From Candidatus Diapherotrites archaeon CG08_land_8_20_14_0_20_30_16 (GTDB lineage Archaea; Iainarchaeota; Iainarchaeia; Iainarchaeales; 0-14-0-20-30-16): 5,273 bases of DNA. The notes under the pieces are model-generated. The model saw only the letters and a list, made by a program, of their open reading frames with translations, made no database searches and was not told the origin of the DNA. Both the position numbers and the translations under genes were made by a program. The stretch spans positions 1 to 5,273 of the forward strand of contig PEXK01000026.1 in assembly GCA_002779075.1 (NCBI GenBank), written 5' to 3'. This document shows, piece by piece, positions 5,245 through 5,273 of the stretch; positions within the stretch are counted from its first letter, which is position 1, and each line of letters starts with the position of its first letter.

Positions 5245-5273
5245 ATGCCAGAATTAGCAAGACTTAGACCATT
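5245..5273 (+). CDS. 5' end of a downstream gene (MPELARLRP...), truncated by the window edge; product unknown.
   Basis: ATG preceded by a good SD at appropriate spacing and open to the window end. Only 9 codons are visible, so no identification is possible. Confidence 0.4.

Noticed and set aside
1-5273. A scan for tRNA/rRNA genes, CRISPR repeat-spacer arrays, transposase or integrase genes, and terminal inverted repeats of mobile elements.
   Set aside because: None was found. The only repeats are the short tandem duplications and the A/T palindromes reported above. There are no regularly spaced repeats of 24 nt or more and no recombinase-like ORF on either strand.

Overview
AT-rich window (about one-third G+C by eye), all convincing coding on the + strand. 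The only clearly intact, recognisable gene is an archaeal-type valyl-tRNA synthetase (2841..5234). A further gene starts 10 nt after it, behind a GGTGAT Shine-Dalgarno. The 2.8 kb upstream of valS looks like an eroding accessory segment with three genes, each apparently broken. (A) A large orphan protein (7..1419) has a 3' end that overlaps a second ORF (1365..1565) in the -1 frame; that ORF has the better codon-position composition, so this is probably one ~520-codon gene split by a frameshift. (B) A cryptic ~110-codon gene (1607..1945) is absent from the ORF track. It is interrupted by a perfect 5-bp tandem duplication (TTTAG TTTAG) just after its ATG and by a second frame change at or near an A6 run. 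(C) An ORF6N-domain DNA-binding protein (2041..2799) has its conserved family C-terminus (WFAFSKFDKEAITILNKLNEK) still readable out of frame at 2763..2828, which implies an internal deletion of roughly 100 nt. An AT-only palindrome/repeat block (1967..2009) sits in the likely promoter of the ORF6N gene. I found no tRNA, rRNA, CRISPR array, transposase or integrase. I cannot support an intact novel multi-gene system here. The most interesting signals are the cryptic broken gene B, which has a weak HicA-like shape, and the pattern of independent lesions next to an intact essential gene. The host cannot be assigned: the ValRS type suggests an archaeon (for example a small-genome, AT-rich lineage) or a bacterium that carries an archaeal-type valS.
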